Assembly (NCBI GenBank): GCA_036785375.1
Contig: JAWMAR010000433.1
Coordinates: forward strand, 496,001 to 560,000
Length of the DNA: 64,000 nt
DNA from: Leucoraja ocellata
Lineage: Eukaryota
Direction of reading: 5' to 3'
Within the stretch, counting starts at the first letter, position 1. Each line of letters begins with the position of its first letter. The notes below the pieces were generated by a model, which saw only the letters and a list, made by a program, of their open reading frames with translations, was not told the origin of the DNA and did no database searches. The position numbers and the translations under genes are program-made. Below, one piece after another: positions 51,101 through 64,000 of the stretch.

Positions 51101-51332
51101 CTCAGAGACTGGTAGCAGTGTGGAACGAGCTTCCGGTGGAAGTGGTGGAGGCAGGTTCATTGGTATCATTTAAAAATAAATTGGATAGGCATATGGATGA
51201 GAAGTGAATGGAGGGTTATGGTATGAGTGCAGGCAGGTGGGACTAAGGGGAAAAAAGTTGTTCGGCACGGACTTGTAGAGCCGAGATGGCCTGTTTCCGT
51301 GCTGTAATTGTTATATGGTTATATGGTTATAT
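48109..51332 (+). mobile_element. CR1 LINE: 3' end of ORF1 plus complete ORF2 and 3' UTR
   Basis: SGNH-esterase-type ORF1 tail (DGLHLN). APE motifs (SETW, GDFN, SDH). RT motifs (GVPQGSVLGP, YADD). (ttatatgg)n tail. TSD aatagg at 48103-48108 and 51333-51338. Confidence 0.95.
48430..51207 (+). pseudogene. CR1 ORF2 (APE endonuclease and RT)
   Basis: ORFs 48485-49879, 49901-50215 and 50128-51207. Stops at about 48470 and 49877 and a frameshift near 50125. Confidence 0.93.
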
Positions 51333-52083
51333 AATAGGAATCATCAATAACGTTGGATATCTTGAACATACCAATTTATTATTCTTAAAGTCACATACAC
51401 TGAAGTTCACCGATCTGGTTAAATTTAAGACTGCACAAATCATGTACAAAGCAAGAAATAATTTATTTACGGGAAATATACAAACACTGTTTATGGAAAG
51501 ACAGGGTGGGTATAATTTGAGAGGGGAACAATTTAAAAAAACTCAATGTCAGAACAACTCTTAAAAGTATGTGTATAGCAATCTGTGGGGTGAATTTGTG
51601 GAATGGTCTGGAACAAGAGATAAAACTTAGCACAAACATAATTCAGTTTAAAAAGATGTACAAAAACACTTTTTTTAAAGGATATTGTGATGAGGACAGG
51701 TGATTTTGAGTGGGATATTTGTTATACTGATTGTATTGGGAAGGGTGATTATAGGGTGATGGGTTGTATATATGACTAAGAGATGCTGTATAGTACAGGA
51801 GGGTTTTTTTCTTTTTTTCTCTCTTTTTTTTGTATGGCTTTGCAAATATTTGATTAGTGTATAAATGTAAACACTAAATGTAAATAATTTTGTGTACATG
51901 TGGAAATAGGTGTTTATAGCTGCTAAACAATATAAGTAATTGAATAAGGGGTGGGAATTAATAAGCTTTGACTTCTTCCTGCTCCTTTTCGGACACATAC
52001 GATTCATTTATTTATAAATATTGTTTATGACACTTTATAAATATTCTTGTTTTTTTTGTTTTTTAGTCTGTTTGAAATAAAGG

Positions 52084-52085
<2 letters not shown>

Positions 52086-52143
<58 letters not shown>
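52086..52143 (+). repeat. (TTA)n microsatellite forming a LINE tail
   Basis: Directly visible. Confidence 0.95.
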
Positions 52144-52145
<2 letters not shown>

Positions 52146-54206
52146 TTGATAAAAAATAATTTAAATATAATGAATTGGAATATTATTGATGCTTGATGAT
52201 TGTAGTGCTTACAAATAAATCATTTTCATTTGTCCTTTAGAAATAGGCTAAAGGAATTATCACACGGATTTGCTCCTATCCAATTGAATTTGAAATTCTC
52301 CTCTACAAAAGGAGACTGATTCTCCGGCCATGTTATGAAGTGGCATCTAATTCACTAAGAAGTCGACATAAATCCAATGCCAGAGAGTAGATCTTCCAAC
52401 CTGATCCCTCTGATATACATGCTGGAGTCAGAAAGCTGGGTTACTGAGTTCCCTTGACATACCTTCTGCTTCCCAGATGGGAGACACCAGGAGTATTCAT
52501 GGAATAGTGACTGAAGCCTCCACCACTGAGTTCTTGGATATTAGTGGGAATGTTTGTCAGCTTCCAAGGTGTTGTTATTTTTTGCGAAAAGCTTGATAGC
52601 ATGAAAGGCTCCCCAATATACTGTTTAACATGAAGAGGCAATGCCACCATCACAATATCAAATCGCACCACTTTAAAACGTCTGTGAGATCATTTTTTTC
52701 CTTCTCCGATAGAGAACTTCAACCTGCACATGATTTCTCTAGAGTTCTGTGGTCCTCGTTCTGGTAACAATTTTAGAAACCTTCCCTGCACTATCAGCAG
52801 TGCTTTAATATTTTATTTATGGTATGGTATCCAGAACAACATGCAGTATCCACAGTTTTGTCTATTCACAGCTAAATAAAAAGAACATCACTTTCAATCA
52901 TGTTAGAACAGAGCACCGGTACATTGCACATTATTATTTTATCAAGGACTGCCACATTTGCTGGATTATTTCTCGGTTTTGCTTGATTTCTTTGTTATCT
53001 ACCCAATTTAGTTCTGCATCTTTCATGACCAAATGACCTCAGTATTCCCCCTCCTAAAATAAACCAGCTTTCACTTTGATAAACTAAATTGAAACTTATG
53101 TTTACTCTCCCAATGCAAATCACATTATGCCTTCCTTCAATCTAGTTTAATCTTGCACCTTGTTAACCCTACTTGTTAATTTGGCATCATCTACAAATGT
53201 TGACACCATCTTTCAAATTGTTGTGTCTAAATGATTTGTCTGCGTAATGAACAACAGTGGCCCAGCTCCAACCCTGGTGTAACACTTCCTCTCACTTGTC
53301 CTCAATCTTCTTTACTTGGGCACAGAAGGAAGATAGTTAGCCCATCAGGCCCATGGGCCTCTCAACAAAGTAATCCCATCATGCTCATTCCCTTTCTCTT
53401 TCTTCCTGAGGCCCTGCTAATTATTTCGTTTTCCTATTTTTGTCACTTACCTACTCTAGGAGTATTTTGCAGGAGCCGACGAATTTACCAGCAAATCTTT
53501 GAGCCATGAGAGCACACCAGAGAACCCACAGAAACTCCTCAGTCATGGGTTGAAGGTACAAACTCCATACAAACAGCACCCGCTTGCGTCAGGATTGCGC
53601 ACAGGTCCTTGGTGCTGCAAGGCAGCTAACTGCTCTGCCGTCATACCAATGTAGACTCCGTATCTTGCTGCCGTCTTGTTCCTTTCTGCTTTCTATTCAT
53701 CTTTCAGTTTAGAATAACACATGATACAGGCTTGTATTTTTGTTTTAATACTATTCAGAAGCCTCTTACCAAATCTTCATAAAGAGCCGAGCAAATCTTT
53801 CAGCTGTATCCATGACAAATGACAACAAGAAGCAAACCAGATGCAAGACTCAACTGGGCAAAGCCGCATCTAACCTTTCGATCTTTTAAAGTGCCCTTCA
53901 CTCAAATCTGGAATCCAGTCATACGCTGGAGAATCAGAAACCAGTGCCATAACCAACCACCACACCTCTCAGTTAACACCTTGAACTGCCCCAACAATAG
54001 CTGTGACCAGTCAGAGGATGAGTGTTTGATTGCTGATGCACTGGTGAAGGTGGCCTAGGGAGTGTATAAAGTTGACACTGAACCACATAAACGTTCATAA
54101 TCTTAAATCAAAAGTAGATAAGGAACCTTCCTCTCATTATCACCTCCTGGTGATATTGCTCCACAGCTAATTCAACTATGGCAAACTCTTGCTCCATGAT
54201 GATATG

Positions 54207-55219
54207 TAGCAATGTCACAACATTTTGAGATTTAAAAAATCAAGTTTGCAATTTATCCCATCAGATAAAGCATAAAACTAAGTTTAATTTGACACCTAAT
54301 TCACTTTCATATCTTCAGTATTAAAAATGTTATAGCCATTTTCATACTCGGAAATTAGCATCTTGTTCCCTATTGATTTTCCATTGACCTAACACAAAAG
54401 CTGTGATCGAGGACAGTCTAAAGCCCATAACTTTATTAAAAATTAAGAGAACTGGAAGAAATGTTCAGTTATTATAGATTGAAGCATTCTGAAACAAATA
54501 TTAAACAATCTTACTTGGATGACCTGAAATTAAAGCATATAATTAGTTAGTTACCCAATTGTAGCTAATTCCAAAATTCAATTACTTGATCTAAATATCT
54601 ATCCATTTCTTAAGGAAAGATTAACATTTTTAAATAGCCTAAGTGTCCAAAGAACATTCAGACAAGAATTCACAATAAAACATGATTTTTAAATCTCATT
54701 GACATTAATTTATAGGCCAAATGGAAGGAATTTAGTGTTCAATTGCTGTAAATTAATGGCCATTTAAATCAGCTTTCGAGTGAGATCGTGTAGAACGCGA
54801 TGGTTTGGAACATTCCCATTGCGGTGAATTTGTACCTCATATGCCCAGAAAAATACTGCAGGATTGAATGGGCCTCCAATAAAGGGATCTTAAGAAGCGC
54901 TTTTAATGTAAAAATAAACAGCCTACCTTGCGTTGTCCCCTACATGAGATCCATCCCGTTGACGGCGGTCGTGGGTTTAGAGGATGATTTTTAACCTACT
55001 ATAACAATTAAATAAACCAATATAGTTTAAAAATAGCTGCAGCAAACTAATGTCGCAGTGATTTTTCGTCAGCAACTGAGTAGGCTGAACAACCTCGATT
55101 TGAATAGCCGAGAGAAAATCGCGTTTTAAACCCGCCCCCCTCTCAAAGGCGCCAAAATCGTGCACACGGGCAGCGACAGACCTGCAGCGATGCTGAAGGT
55201 AAGTTTTGCAACATACCTA
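54207..55219. mobile_element. Unclassified non-autonomous DNA transposon
   Basis: Degenerate TIR tagcaatgtcacaac/ttgcaacataccta. Flanking direct repeat tgatatg at 54200-54206 and 55220-55226. Confidence 0.65.
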
Positions 55220-55269
55220 TGATATGCAAGCAGACCACATCATTTGTAAGCCCAACACCAGACCCCTGA

Positions 55270-55555
55270 ACAAAAACTCTATTCTGAGCTCTGGTACGGG
55301 AAGAGATTATCAGGTAGACAGAGGGAACAGTTCAAGGATGTGTCCCAGCCAATTACTACTCTGAATGGTGAAGTATTTGGGATGGTACTGAGAACCTTGA
55401 GACCAAGTATTGAGATCAAAAGGTGCACTGCATATGAAGTGGAAGGTGTGCACCAACGTACTATACAGACTACCCACTCACTACCCCCCGCATCATCTGT
55501 GGAAGGGTTTGTGGTTTCCACAATGGCCTTGTCAACCATCTCAGAACACACAAAA
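55270..55555 (+). mobile_element. RTE (BovB-like) LINE 3' fragment
   Basis: Manual translation ICGRVCGFHNGLVNHLRTH at about 55495-55550, resembling the C-terminus of RTE-clade ORFs. Confidence 0.55.
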
Positions 55556-56185
55556 TCTAACACTAACAAACATTTAATCTACAGTGGGATCAGGGAGTAC
55601 GGAGAGAACAGGCAAGAGGTGTACAGATCAAGACTGGATCAGCCGTAAAGTTATGAATAGGTTCGCGTTGGCCTATTTCTGATCTGTTCCATATGTTCTT
55701 ATGAATCGGTTAGCTGATGCCATATTGCACTTAGTCTTGAAGATACATTTTTGAAAGATTAGGAAAAATGGGGCTTTAGGAACTGGCACAGCAGATAGGT
55801 TGAGGCCTGAGGCAGATCAGCCATGATCATAATGAATGGCAGGTCAGGATTGAGAGGCGAGGTGACCTATTGCTACTCCTGTTTCTTTCATTCTACATGC
55901 ATGATAGCTAACTTGGGCCTTAAGCTCCATGACATTTTGCTTCCACTTAATGATCAAGAAGGACATTTGTGCATAGAGACTGGGCCTGTAGATAGGGTAC
56001 CAAATAAGTACTGTGCATCTGTTTTCTCCAAAGAGAAGAACATGGAGGACAGTGAATTCAGTGTGGAGAATACTAATATGTAAGGGCAGTTTGAGATTAA
56101 GAAGGAGGAAAGTTTTGAGGCTCTTGAAGAGCATTGAGTAAAAGAATCAGGAAGTCAGGAAGGCAAGACCAGCTTTATAGGATGT

Positions 56186-56407
56186 ACAGGAAGGAACTGC
56201 AGATGTTGGTTTAAACCGAAGATAGACACAAAATGTTCGGGTAAGAAAGCGGGTCTGCAGCGTCTCTGGAGAAAAGGAATAGGAGATGTTTCGGGGCAAG
56301 ACAAAGAAGTCTCAAGAAGGGACTTGACACGAATCGTCATCTAATCGTTTTCTAGAGAAATGCTGCCTGACCCACTGAATTATTCCAGCTTTTTGTGTCT
56401 ATCGTTA
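56186..56407. mobile_element. Palindromic Penelope-derived unit inside an old CR1
   Basis: Starts with ggaaggaactgcagatg and has inverted arms. TSD agcttta(t/c)agga(t/c)gt. Confidence 0.72.
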
Positions 56408-56831
56408 GCTTTACAGGACGTTGGTTAAGCTGTATTTGGAGTATTGCGTGCAGAGGAGGTTTACCAGAATAATGTCTGGATTAGGGGTATTAGCTACTTG
56501 GAGAGGTGGGACTGACTTGGATTGTTTTTTCTGGAATGCTGGAGATTGCAGGGAGACCATAGATAGGGTAGACAATTAGAACCTTTTCCCCAAACAAATA
56601 CTAGAGGGCATAGCTTTAACATGACAGGGGCAAAGTTTAAAGGAGATGTGCGGGGTGACTTTTTTACACAGAAGGTGGTGAGTGCCTGGAACATGCTGCC
56701 TGGGTTGGTGGCTTGTGGTATTTAGTAGGCACAGCAGTGCAATAGTGGCATTTTAGAGACTTTAAGAGACTTTGGATGGAGATATGGCTATGCAGGAATT
56801 GTAGGGTAATGGATTATGTGCAGGTCTTGAT

Positions 56832-57248
56832 AGAAACATAGAAACATAGAAATTAGGTGCAGGAGTAGGCCATTCGGCCCTTCGAGCCCGCACCGCCATT
56901 CAATATGATCATGGCTGATCATCCAACTCAGTATCCCGTACCTGCCTTCTCTCCATACCCCCTGATCCCCTTAGCCACAAGGGCCACATCTAACTCCCTC
57001 TTAAATATAGCCAATGAACTGGCCTCAACTACCCTCTGTGGCAGAGAGTTCCAGAGATTCACCACTCTCTGTGTGAAAAAAGTTCTTCTCATCTCGGTTT
57101 TAAAGGATTTCCCCCTTATCCTTAAGCTGTGACCCCTTGTCCTGGACTTCCCTAACATCGGGAACAATCTTCCTGCATCTAGCCTGTCCAATCCCTTAAG
57201 AATTTTGTAAGTTTCTATAAGATCCCCCCTCAATCTCCTAAATTCTAG
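56832..57248 (-). mobile_element. CR1 3' end nested in an older CR1 (about 55950-57320)
   Basis: ORF 56928-57233 and (agaaacat)n tail. Confidence 0.87.
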
Positions 57249-58329
57249 ATGGTCATGGCATCATGTCGCACATAGACATTGTGGGCTGAAGCGCCTGTTC
57301 TTGTGCCTCCATGTTCTATCATGTCCATTAACCATTTTCTGGTCTAGAGCTCCATTATTTAATTCTTTTGGGAGCGTCTCCAAGTCTCCTTCAAGTTATT
57401 TCGGCCTGTTCCAATATTTATCCATCTATTTTTCCCCAAAAGAATATTCAAGGCAATTTTAAATCGTGTTTATGTTTCTTTGTTAATTTATTAGGTTTAG
57501 ACTGAGTTTGTTCATTAAGTATATATTTGCTCTTTTCCCTCAGCATTTCTCCTTTAAAGATGTTGCATCTCCCCCCCCCCCCCCCCCGCCATAGAGCTTT
57601 GACATGCATCCTTTGCTCAGTTATTGCCTATTTCTTTCTAAGCCTCTTTAAATATAAAATTCTCAAGCTCCAAGATAGTAGAATGATCCGAATGGGCTTG
57701 TGTGTGTACATGTACAACATGCTTTTAAGCAAATATGTGATTTTTGGTGAGATAGCTGGAACAACTTCCAACCAGCACCCTTTAAACCTGAAACGAATCA
57801 GATAAATCAGAGCACATCAGATTGTTGCACTTAGATTATAGGATGGTATACATGCTTATTTATACAACACAGTCTGGCTAAAACATTTGTGTCAAATTCC
57901 AAGCCAAGTTGTTTTAAGATAATATCTTATCTCCAATTCTTCATGCATCCTAGCACCTAACAAAGGTCAAAAATTCATCTTGCATGAGGGTAAGTTGATC
58001 TTGACTGTTGTTGACAACACCTAACTACAATACATTTTTGTTCTCATCCAAGGAGCATATTCTGATTTATATTCCATTTTCAAAACACGATATTAGGTTT
58101 AGAATGGTCCATCTGCAGTTTTTGATTACACTGAATACAACCAAAGATTTTACTTGCAGAAGATCTGCTTATCTTGATCTGCCCTTATAGAACTGGGAAC
58201 ACTGGCACCCGATGTTATCGAGACTAGAGAAGTCTGCTCACTCCCACATTATCTAGTTTCTAATTTTTAGAATCAACCATGACTAGAAAAGAGATAGAAT
58301 CATGATGTCAACTACAGGTCAATGAATAG

Positions 58330-58720
58330 CATTCTTGACTCATTGTCAAAAAATTAAATTGCTTTAAATCTCACCAAACTCTTGCGCATAAAGATCTAGG
58401 CTGATGCTCCAGTGGAATAGCGAGGGAATGATACACAGTCAGAGACATTGCTTTCCAGAGGAGCTGTGAAAACAGAACCCTCTCTGGTTTCTTTGGTGAG
58501 TGACAAAAGTTCCACATCACCATTTTAAAGACGATTCATGAGGTATCCCCGCTGGTTCAACTAATGTTTGCCCTTCCCAATTGCACTGAAACAGACTGGA
58601 TTAGAAATATTCTCACATAGGAAAATATTCCTATATGCCAGATAATTGGGATCTAACTAAAATCCAATCAGCAAACAAAATTAACTCTTTGCTGTTTATG
58701 GAACACTTCTCCAAATACAA
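58330..58720 (+). mobile_element. Ancient Deu-domain SINE
   Basis: atctaggctgatgctccagtg...gagggaatg resembles the Deu/SacSINE body as I recall it. Confidence 0.55.
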
Positions 58721-58959
58721 ACTGGATCCTCAGCACCACTGATGTACAATGTATGAAGTCCCATTATAGTGGATGTGTGTGTGTACGGCCTCGGTGTAAT
58801 CTACTATTTTTATACTCATATTTAAGTATGATTGTGCCTATGCATAGTAAGATTTTTACTGATCTGTATGCAAAAATAGGAATGTCATTGGTGACAATAA
58901 AGCACCTTTGATCTATTGAACCATTGGAATGACTGACAGAAGGATTAATAGAGGATTAA

Positions 58960-59835
58960 TAGAGTTTAATTCAGATGTGTTCATTATTGCATTTTAGGAA
59001 GTAAAGCAGGGCAGGATATTCACAGTGAATGGTGGGTCCATGGGGAGTGTTGTAGAGCAGAGGGAACTTGGACTACAAGTACATAATTCCCCGCAAGTGA
59101 CATCACAGGTTGATAAAGTGGTAAGGATGGCTTTTGGTAGATTGGCCTTCATCAGTGAGGATATTCAGTATGGAAGTTGGGACATTATGTTAGAAGATGT
59201 TTGTGAGGCCATACTTGGAGTATTGTGTTCAGTTTTGACCAACCTGCCATAGGAAAGATGGCATTAAGCTGGAAATGTTGCAGAGAAGATTTACAAGGAT
59301 GTTGCGGGACTCGAGGGCCAAAGTAGCAGGGAGAGTTTGGGAAGACTTGGACTTTATATCTTGGAGGCAGGAGGAATGAGAGATGATCTTATAGAGCTGT
59401 ATAAAATCATGAGAGGAGTAGATAGGGTGAATGTACAGAGTGCTTTTCCAAGAATCGGGGAATCAAGAATTAAAGGACATAGGTTTAAGGTGAAGGTAGA
59501 CAAAAGTACTGGAGAAACTCAGCGGGTGCGGCAGCATCTATGGGGTGAAGGAAATAGGCAACGTTTCGGGCCGAAACCCTTTTTCAGGTGAGATGGGAAA
59601 GATTTAATAGAAACCTGTGGGCAACTTTTTAACATTGACGGTGGTAGGTATATGGAACAAGCTGCCAGAGGAAGTTGTTGAGGGAGGTACAACATTTTAA
59701 AGACATTTGGACAGGTACATGGACAGGAAAGGTTTGGAAGAATATGGGCCAAACAAAAGTAAATGGGACTTGCTTAGATTGTGCATCTTGGTCAGTATTG
59801 AAGAATTGGATCAACGGGCTGGTTTCTGTGTTGAG
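58960..59835 (+). mobile_element. Degenerate CR1 3' region
   Basis: VEQRELG and RDDLIELYKIMRG remnants. Confidence 0.78.
59494..59586 (-). mobile_element. Short Penelope-derived unit inside a CR1
   Basis: ggagaaactcagcgggtgc...aacgtttcgggccgaaaccctttttcag interrupts the CR1 at aggtga. Confidence 0.72.
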
Positions 59836-60769
59836 TCTAAGATGCACGGTGTGATAAATGTTTGAGCTAATTTGATCCCACATTCAGTTTAGAGAGTTGG
59901 CATCTCAGAATGCAGCAATCTGTTGCAGGTCAGCTGATTAGTCTCACCCTGCACATCAAAAATGGTTTCTCACAATCATTGGCACACACTTCAGCGGATC
60001 CAGATTAATCTTATCAAGATGCAAAAGCAAAGTTGAGCAATTATTGGCAGAGCTTGTGACAACTTGCACTGGTTTAAAAAAAAACCAGCTCAGCTTAAAA
60101 TAGAAAAAGAAAATGCATTTGAGGAGACTATTTCACTGTAAATTACGTGTGTGTAGGTGTGGTAGACTGGCAAGTAATGTAGAGTGATTAAAAATGTGAT
60201 TGATGGTACATTAGTATAAATGGGTTGATGATGGGCAGTGGAATCAGTGGGCCTGTTTTACAACAGCCTTGGTAAAATTATATTTAACTGAAATACCTTT
60301 GCTGTCAGATGCTTTCAATACCAGGCTCCAGTTGCCCGACTGTGCTATAAAGCCTCCTTTTGTCCTGAGGTCCCGTTTAACCAGAGGACTGTGACCTCTC
60401 AGCTGGCCAGGTGTGTGGCAGGTTGTTCATTGCCGCGAATAGTCTGGCATGACTGCCCCTGGCTTCTGCAGGAATGTAGCGGGCGATACTCATCAACATA
60501 CTGACGATGGTCTCCTCTGTTCATTGTTCATCAGCTACTGCAACTTCGCTCCTCATTGGAAAGCAAGTTTTTGCTCCCCACCATACACATCGGCAGAATC
60601 AATCCCAAACATCCCTCCAGCAAGAGGAATGGGAGAAAGAAGGCAACAAAGCTATTGAATGCTCCTGAAGGGACTGGCCCAAGTGAGCAGCTGGCATCCA
60701 GCTGCCATGCAAGTGGTTAACATTGCAGACCCTAAACAGATCAACACCTATTGCTCATTTATGAATCCG

Positions 60770-60983
60770 TGCGGCTCTCTCTATATATGCTGGGGTGTGG
60801 GAGGGTGTAAGCTATGGATCATCTCTTGAAAGACAAAAACACCACAATTAGACCCTGCACAGCCGTGCAATGAGCTGTACAGAATAGTTGGAGCAGAGCA
60901 TATAAACATTTTCGAGTGCAAATCGAGGAATAGCTGCAAGCTTTTTTTCATTTCCCGTTATTTCTTATCCTTCCTTGGTAAGT
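60770..60983 (+). promoter_or_regulatory. Candidate TATA promoter with a short non-coding first exon
   Basis: TATAAA at 60901 and consensus donor TTG|GTAAGT after 60977, in apparently unique sequence. Motif evidence only. Confidence 0.3.
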
Positions 60984-61399
60984 TCTTCACTTTGTGATCT
61001 GTGTATACGGTCGGAGATTGCTGATACTTGTTAGCATCATATGAAACACCTGCGATTTAAACTACAATCACTTGATTTTTGAAGAATTCCTCAGTGAGAC
61101 CCAGTAGGTTAAATTTGTCATTGGTTGCGCTAAAGACTGGATTTTTTGCACCAGTATCTATTTTATTGGATTTTTGTTTATTATATTATTACCAACGCAC
61201 CTATCCCCCTGACTGTTGCTGTCTTTGTTGCTTTTTTACCCACATCTCAACAGATGAAAGATATGGAAAACTTAACTGACGTTATTTAGCCAGATTGATG
61301 GAATTCTTTTTTTACTCAGCATATTTCAATATGAGTTTCATTACAGGGCCATTAAAAATGAATCACATATTGGAAGTGATGAAGATAAACTGGGATTTT

Positions 61400-62565
61400 G
61401 TGTTTCACAAATCTGATTGTTTTTTGAAGATGTGACCAAAAAGGTTGATGCGGGCAGAGCTGTAGATGTATACATGGAATGCAGCAAGGCATTAGACAAG
61501 GCTCTGCATGGTAGGCTGCTCTGGAAGGTTATATCCGGATAGAAAATTGACTGGATAGAAAATTGGCTTCATGGAAGGAAACAAAGGGTGATGGTGGAAG
61601 GCTGTTTTTTTACAGACTGGAGGCCGGTGACTAGTGGTGTGCCTCAGTGTTTGGTGCTAGGCCCATTGTAGTTTGTCATCTATATCAATGATTTGGATGA
61701 GAATGCATAAGGCATGATTTGTAAGCTTGCAGATGAGACTAAAGTGGGTGGTATTGTTGATAGCGAAGATGGTTGTCAGATATTGCAGAAGGATCTTGAT
61801 TGGTTGGGCAGGTGGACTGGGGAATGGTTAATGGAATTTAATGCAGAGAAGTGCAAGGTGTAACATATTGGGAGGTAACACCAGATCAGGATCTACACAG
61901 TGAATGGCAGGGCTTTGGGGAGTGTTGTAGAGCAGAGGGATCTAGATAGGGTGTTCAATTAGACTTTCAGCACATTGGCCTTCATCAATCAAAGTATTGA
62001 GTATAGAAGTTGAGAGGTTATGTTATAGTTGTACAAGATATTGATGAGGTCACATTTAGAATATTGTGTTCAGTTTTGGTCATCCTGTTATACGAAAGGT
62101 GGTTAAGCTGGAAAGGGTGCAGAGAAGACTTATGAGCATGTTGTCAGAACTCCAGGCCCTGAGCTATAAGGAGAGGTTGAGCAGGTTATGACTTTATTGC
62201 TTGGAGCTCTGGAAAATGAGGGTTGCTCTTGTACAGGTGTATATCATGAAAGGAAGAGATAGGGCAAATGTACAGAGTTTTTTTTTACCTAGTAGGAGTT
62301 CAAGAACCAGAGGGCATAGGTTTAAAGTCAGGGGGGGAAAGAATTAATAGGAACTTTTTTTACACAAAGGGTGGTAGGTGTATTGAATGAGCTACCAGAG
62401 GATATAGTTGAGGCAGGTACTATCACAACATTTAAGAAATAATTAGACAGGTACATGGATAGGATAGGTTTTGAGGGATATGGGCCAAACACAGGGACTA
62501 ATGTGAATGGGGCATGTTGGTTGGTGTGGGCAACTTGGGCCGAAGGGCCTGTTTCCACGTTATGG
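61400..62565 (+). mobile_element. Degenerate CR1 RT and 3' end
   Basis: gtgactagtggtgtgcctcag and gcagatgagactaaagtggg (RT motif remnants), gaagggcctgtttcc end. Confidence 0.8.
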
Positions 62566-64000
62566 CTATTTAAAAAGAAAAAAAGATGCGAGGATAAATG
62601 GTCTTCTGAAATGGCCATACTCCTTCATTCTTCCATCAATGTCACGCCCCAGCTTACCAAAGATTTAAAATGACCAGTCTACATACACTTAATTTAGATC
62701 ACTGGTCTTTCTAAAATATACATAAAACCACAAGCCAGTCTTTGGAATGGTAAAGCACAAGATATTTAAGAACCAAGTAAACCAATTACAACTCAACGCA
62801 ATGCAGTTACTTTTGATTAATTAATTCAGTGACAGGTGGAAGATGATTAGATGGATTTATCCCGGAAGAAATATGGTCTAGATTCTTTCACGCATCAGCA
62901 TGGGGTGTTCAGCTAACACCAGTCTGTTGCATTGTGGTCACAAAGTCTAATGTTTGTGACACATTAGTATGACCGTTATCTTGTGAGTTAGATAAAGGAT
63001 TCTGGCTCATTTCAAGTCTATTTTCATGAGATTGTGGTGTTCAGCAGATCTAGTCAGTAATATTTTAATGAACCATTACAAATCACATTTTTTAAATGTA
63101 CACTTCCAAATAATAATATGGCAGGGGTGTGGAAGCACCTACACTCACATGAAATACGACAAATTTCTCATGGTTAAGAGCAAGTCATTCAGTTTGCACT
63201 TTGTCATTATCCTTTGTGAATTCTGGATTCTGGATTCAAATTCTGGAAATGTTCACAGTTTCTGGCACGAATATGACAAGTATCACAAATTGGTTTTATG
63301 CTGCTGTTTTCATCTTTGCAAAATGTCAAACTGCACCGTGCTGCAGTTTTCCTCATTCTCACCCACAGTACAGGAATCCAAATGTAGGTTGCATTGTGCA
63401 ATGAAAATCAATTGAGTAGCAATGCAGAATGCATACACATCTAAACCAAAGAGAATCGGCATACCCACAGTGCTCCAAATAGCAATTAATCTTGTTCAGA
63501 GTGGCATTCTGAATTACATTCTTCTCGTATTACTGCATTGAAATATATTCTTGAGATTTATCAGAATCAACTGTGATCTTATCTACTTCCTAACTATCAA
63601 TTATTCTCATTAATCTCCTCTTGGGCCTTCCAACATGCATCAGGATTGCCGTGTGTACAGGCTGCGATAGGAATTGTGTTCAACATTGAAGTCCATTTGC
63701 TGGGTCATTATTTATTTGTTCAAAACCAATATCAATTTTAAATAGAGTTCATTCCTTTCAGTTCCCTCATTTTTTTAATTATGTTTTTCCTAAGTTGTCA
63801 AACGTAGGCTTCTCTTTAAGAGATTCATTAGTGGCCTCACCACTACAGAAAGGCAATCTAAGCAACAGGGCCTGGGGGAAATTGGATGATTGGATTAGAG
63901 GAATTGTCTGCATTTTCATCGTACTGTATATTGCACTGAAGGTATAATTTAACAATGTTCCAATATCCTGTGACATGATAAAGTTATGCTGCAGGGAAAC

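Larger units (their letters stand above)
46770..52143 (+). mobile_element. L2-group (Crack/Daphne-like) LINE, 5'-truncated, split by a MITE and a CR1
   Basis: W..SYL.NRQQFV...CGVPQGSVLGPKLF..YIND...FADD (46777-47163). LYNTLILPYLSYCVEIWG (47877-48107). Resumes at 51339 with YNLRG. Ends in AATAAA and an (ATT)n tail. Confidence 0.82.

Noticed and set aside
58729-58745. Partial REST/NRSE-like motif tcagcaccac
   Set aside because: The right half (GGACAG) is missing.
63026-63415. 129-aa ORF in unique sequence
   Set aside because: No recognisable domain, composition typical of random AT-rich frames, and no convincing exon boundaries.

Overview
This is AT-rich, repeat-dominated eukaryotic genomic DNA, most likely from a cartilaginous fish such as a skate or ray. 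That is inferred from HE1/V-SINE-like and Deu-domain SINEs and from abundant CR1, Rex1/Babar and Penelope repeats. I can support no host protein-coding gene, so the window looks intronic or intergenic; it also has a 200-N assembly gap at 41366-41565. The main element is a structurally complete but coding-defective DIRS1-type tyrosine-recombinase retrotransposon at 31297-36133. It carries gag, RT, RNase H, an adenine-methyltransferase-like domain, the recombinase, inverted termini, an internal complementary region and ATT junctions. It is the innermost layer of a four-level nest: hAT-Charlie > Rex(+) > Rex(-) > DIRS. A second, degenerate DIRS lies on the minus strand at about 41865-44337. Other contents are a near-complete CR1 ORF2 and a Tc1/mariner MITE nested in a Crack/Daphne-type LINE, a Harbinger-like MITE family and hAT MITEs. 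There are also short Penelope-derived units with hammerhead-ribozyme cores and 12-15 bp target duplications, a GC-rich non-coding retroposon family with Rex-type tails, and several TE-free blocks that may be conserved non-coding elements or alternative exons. All calls come from reading the sequence by eye. No database search was run, and the boundaries of old repeats are approximate.
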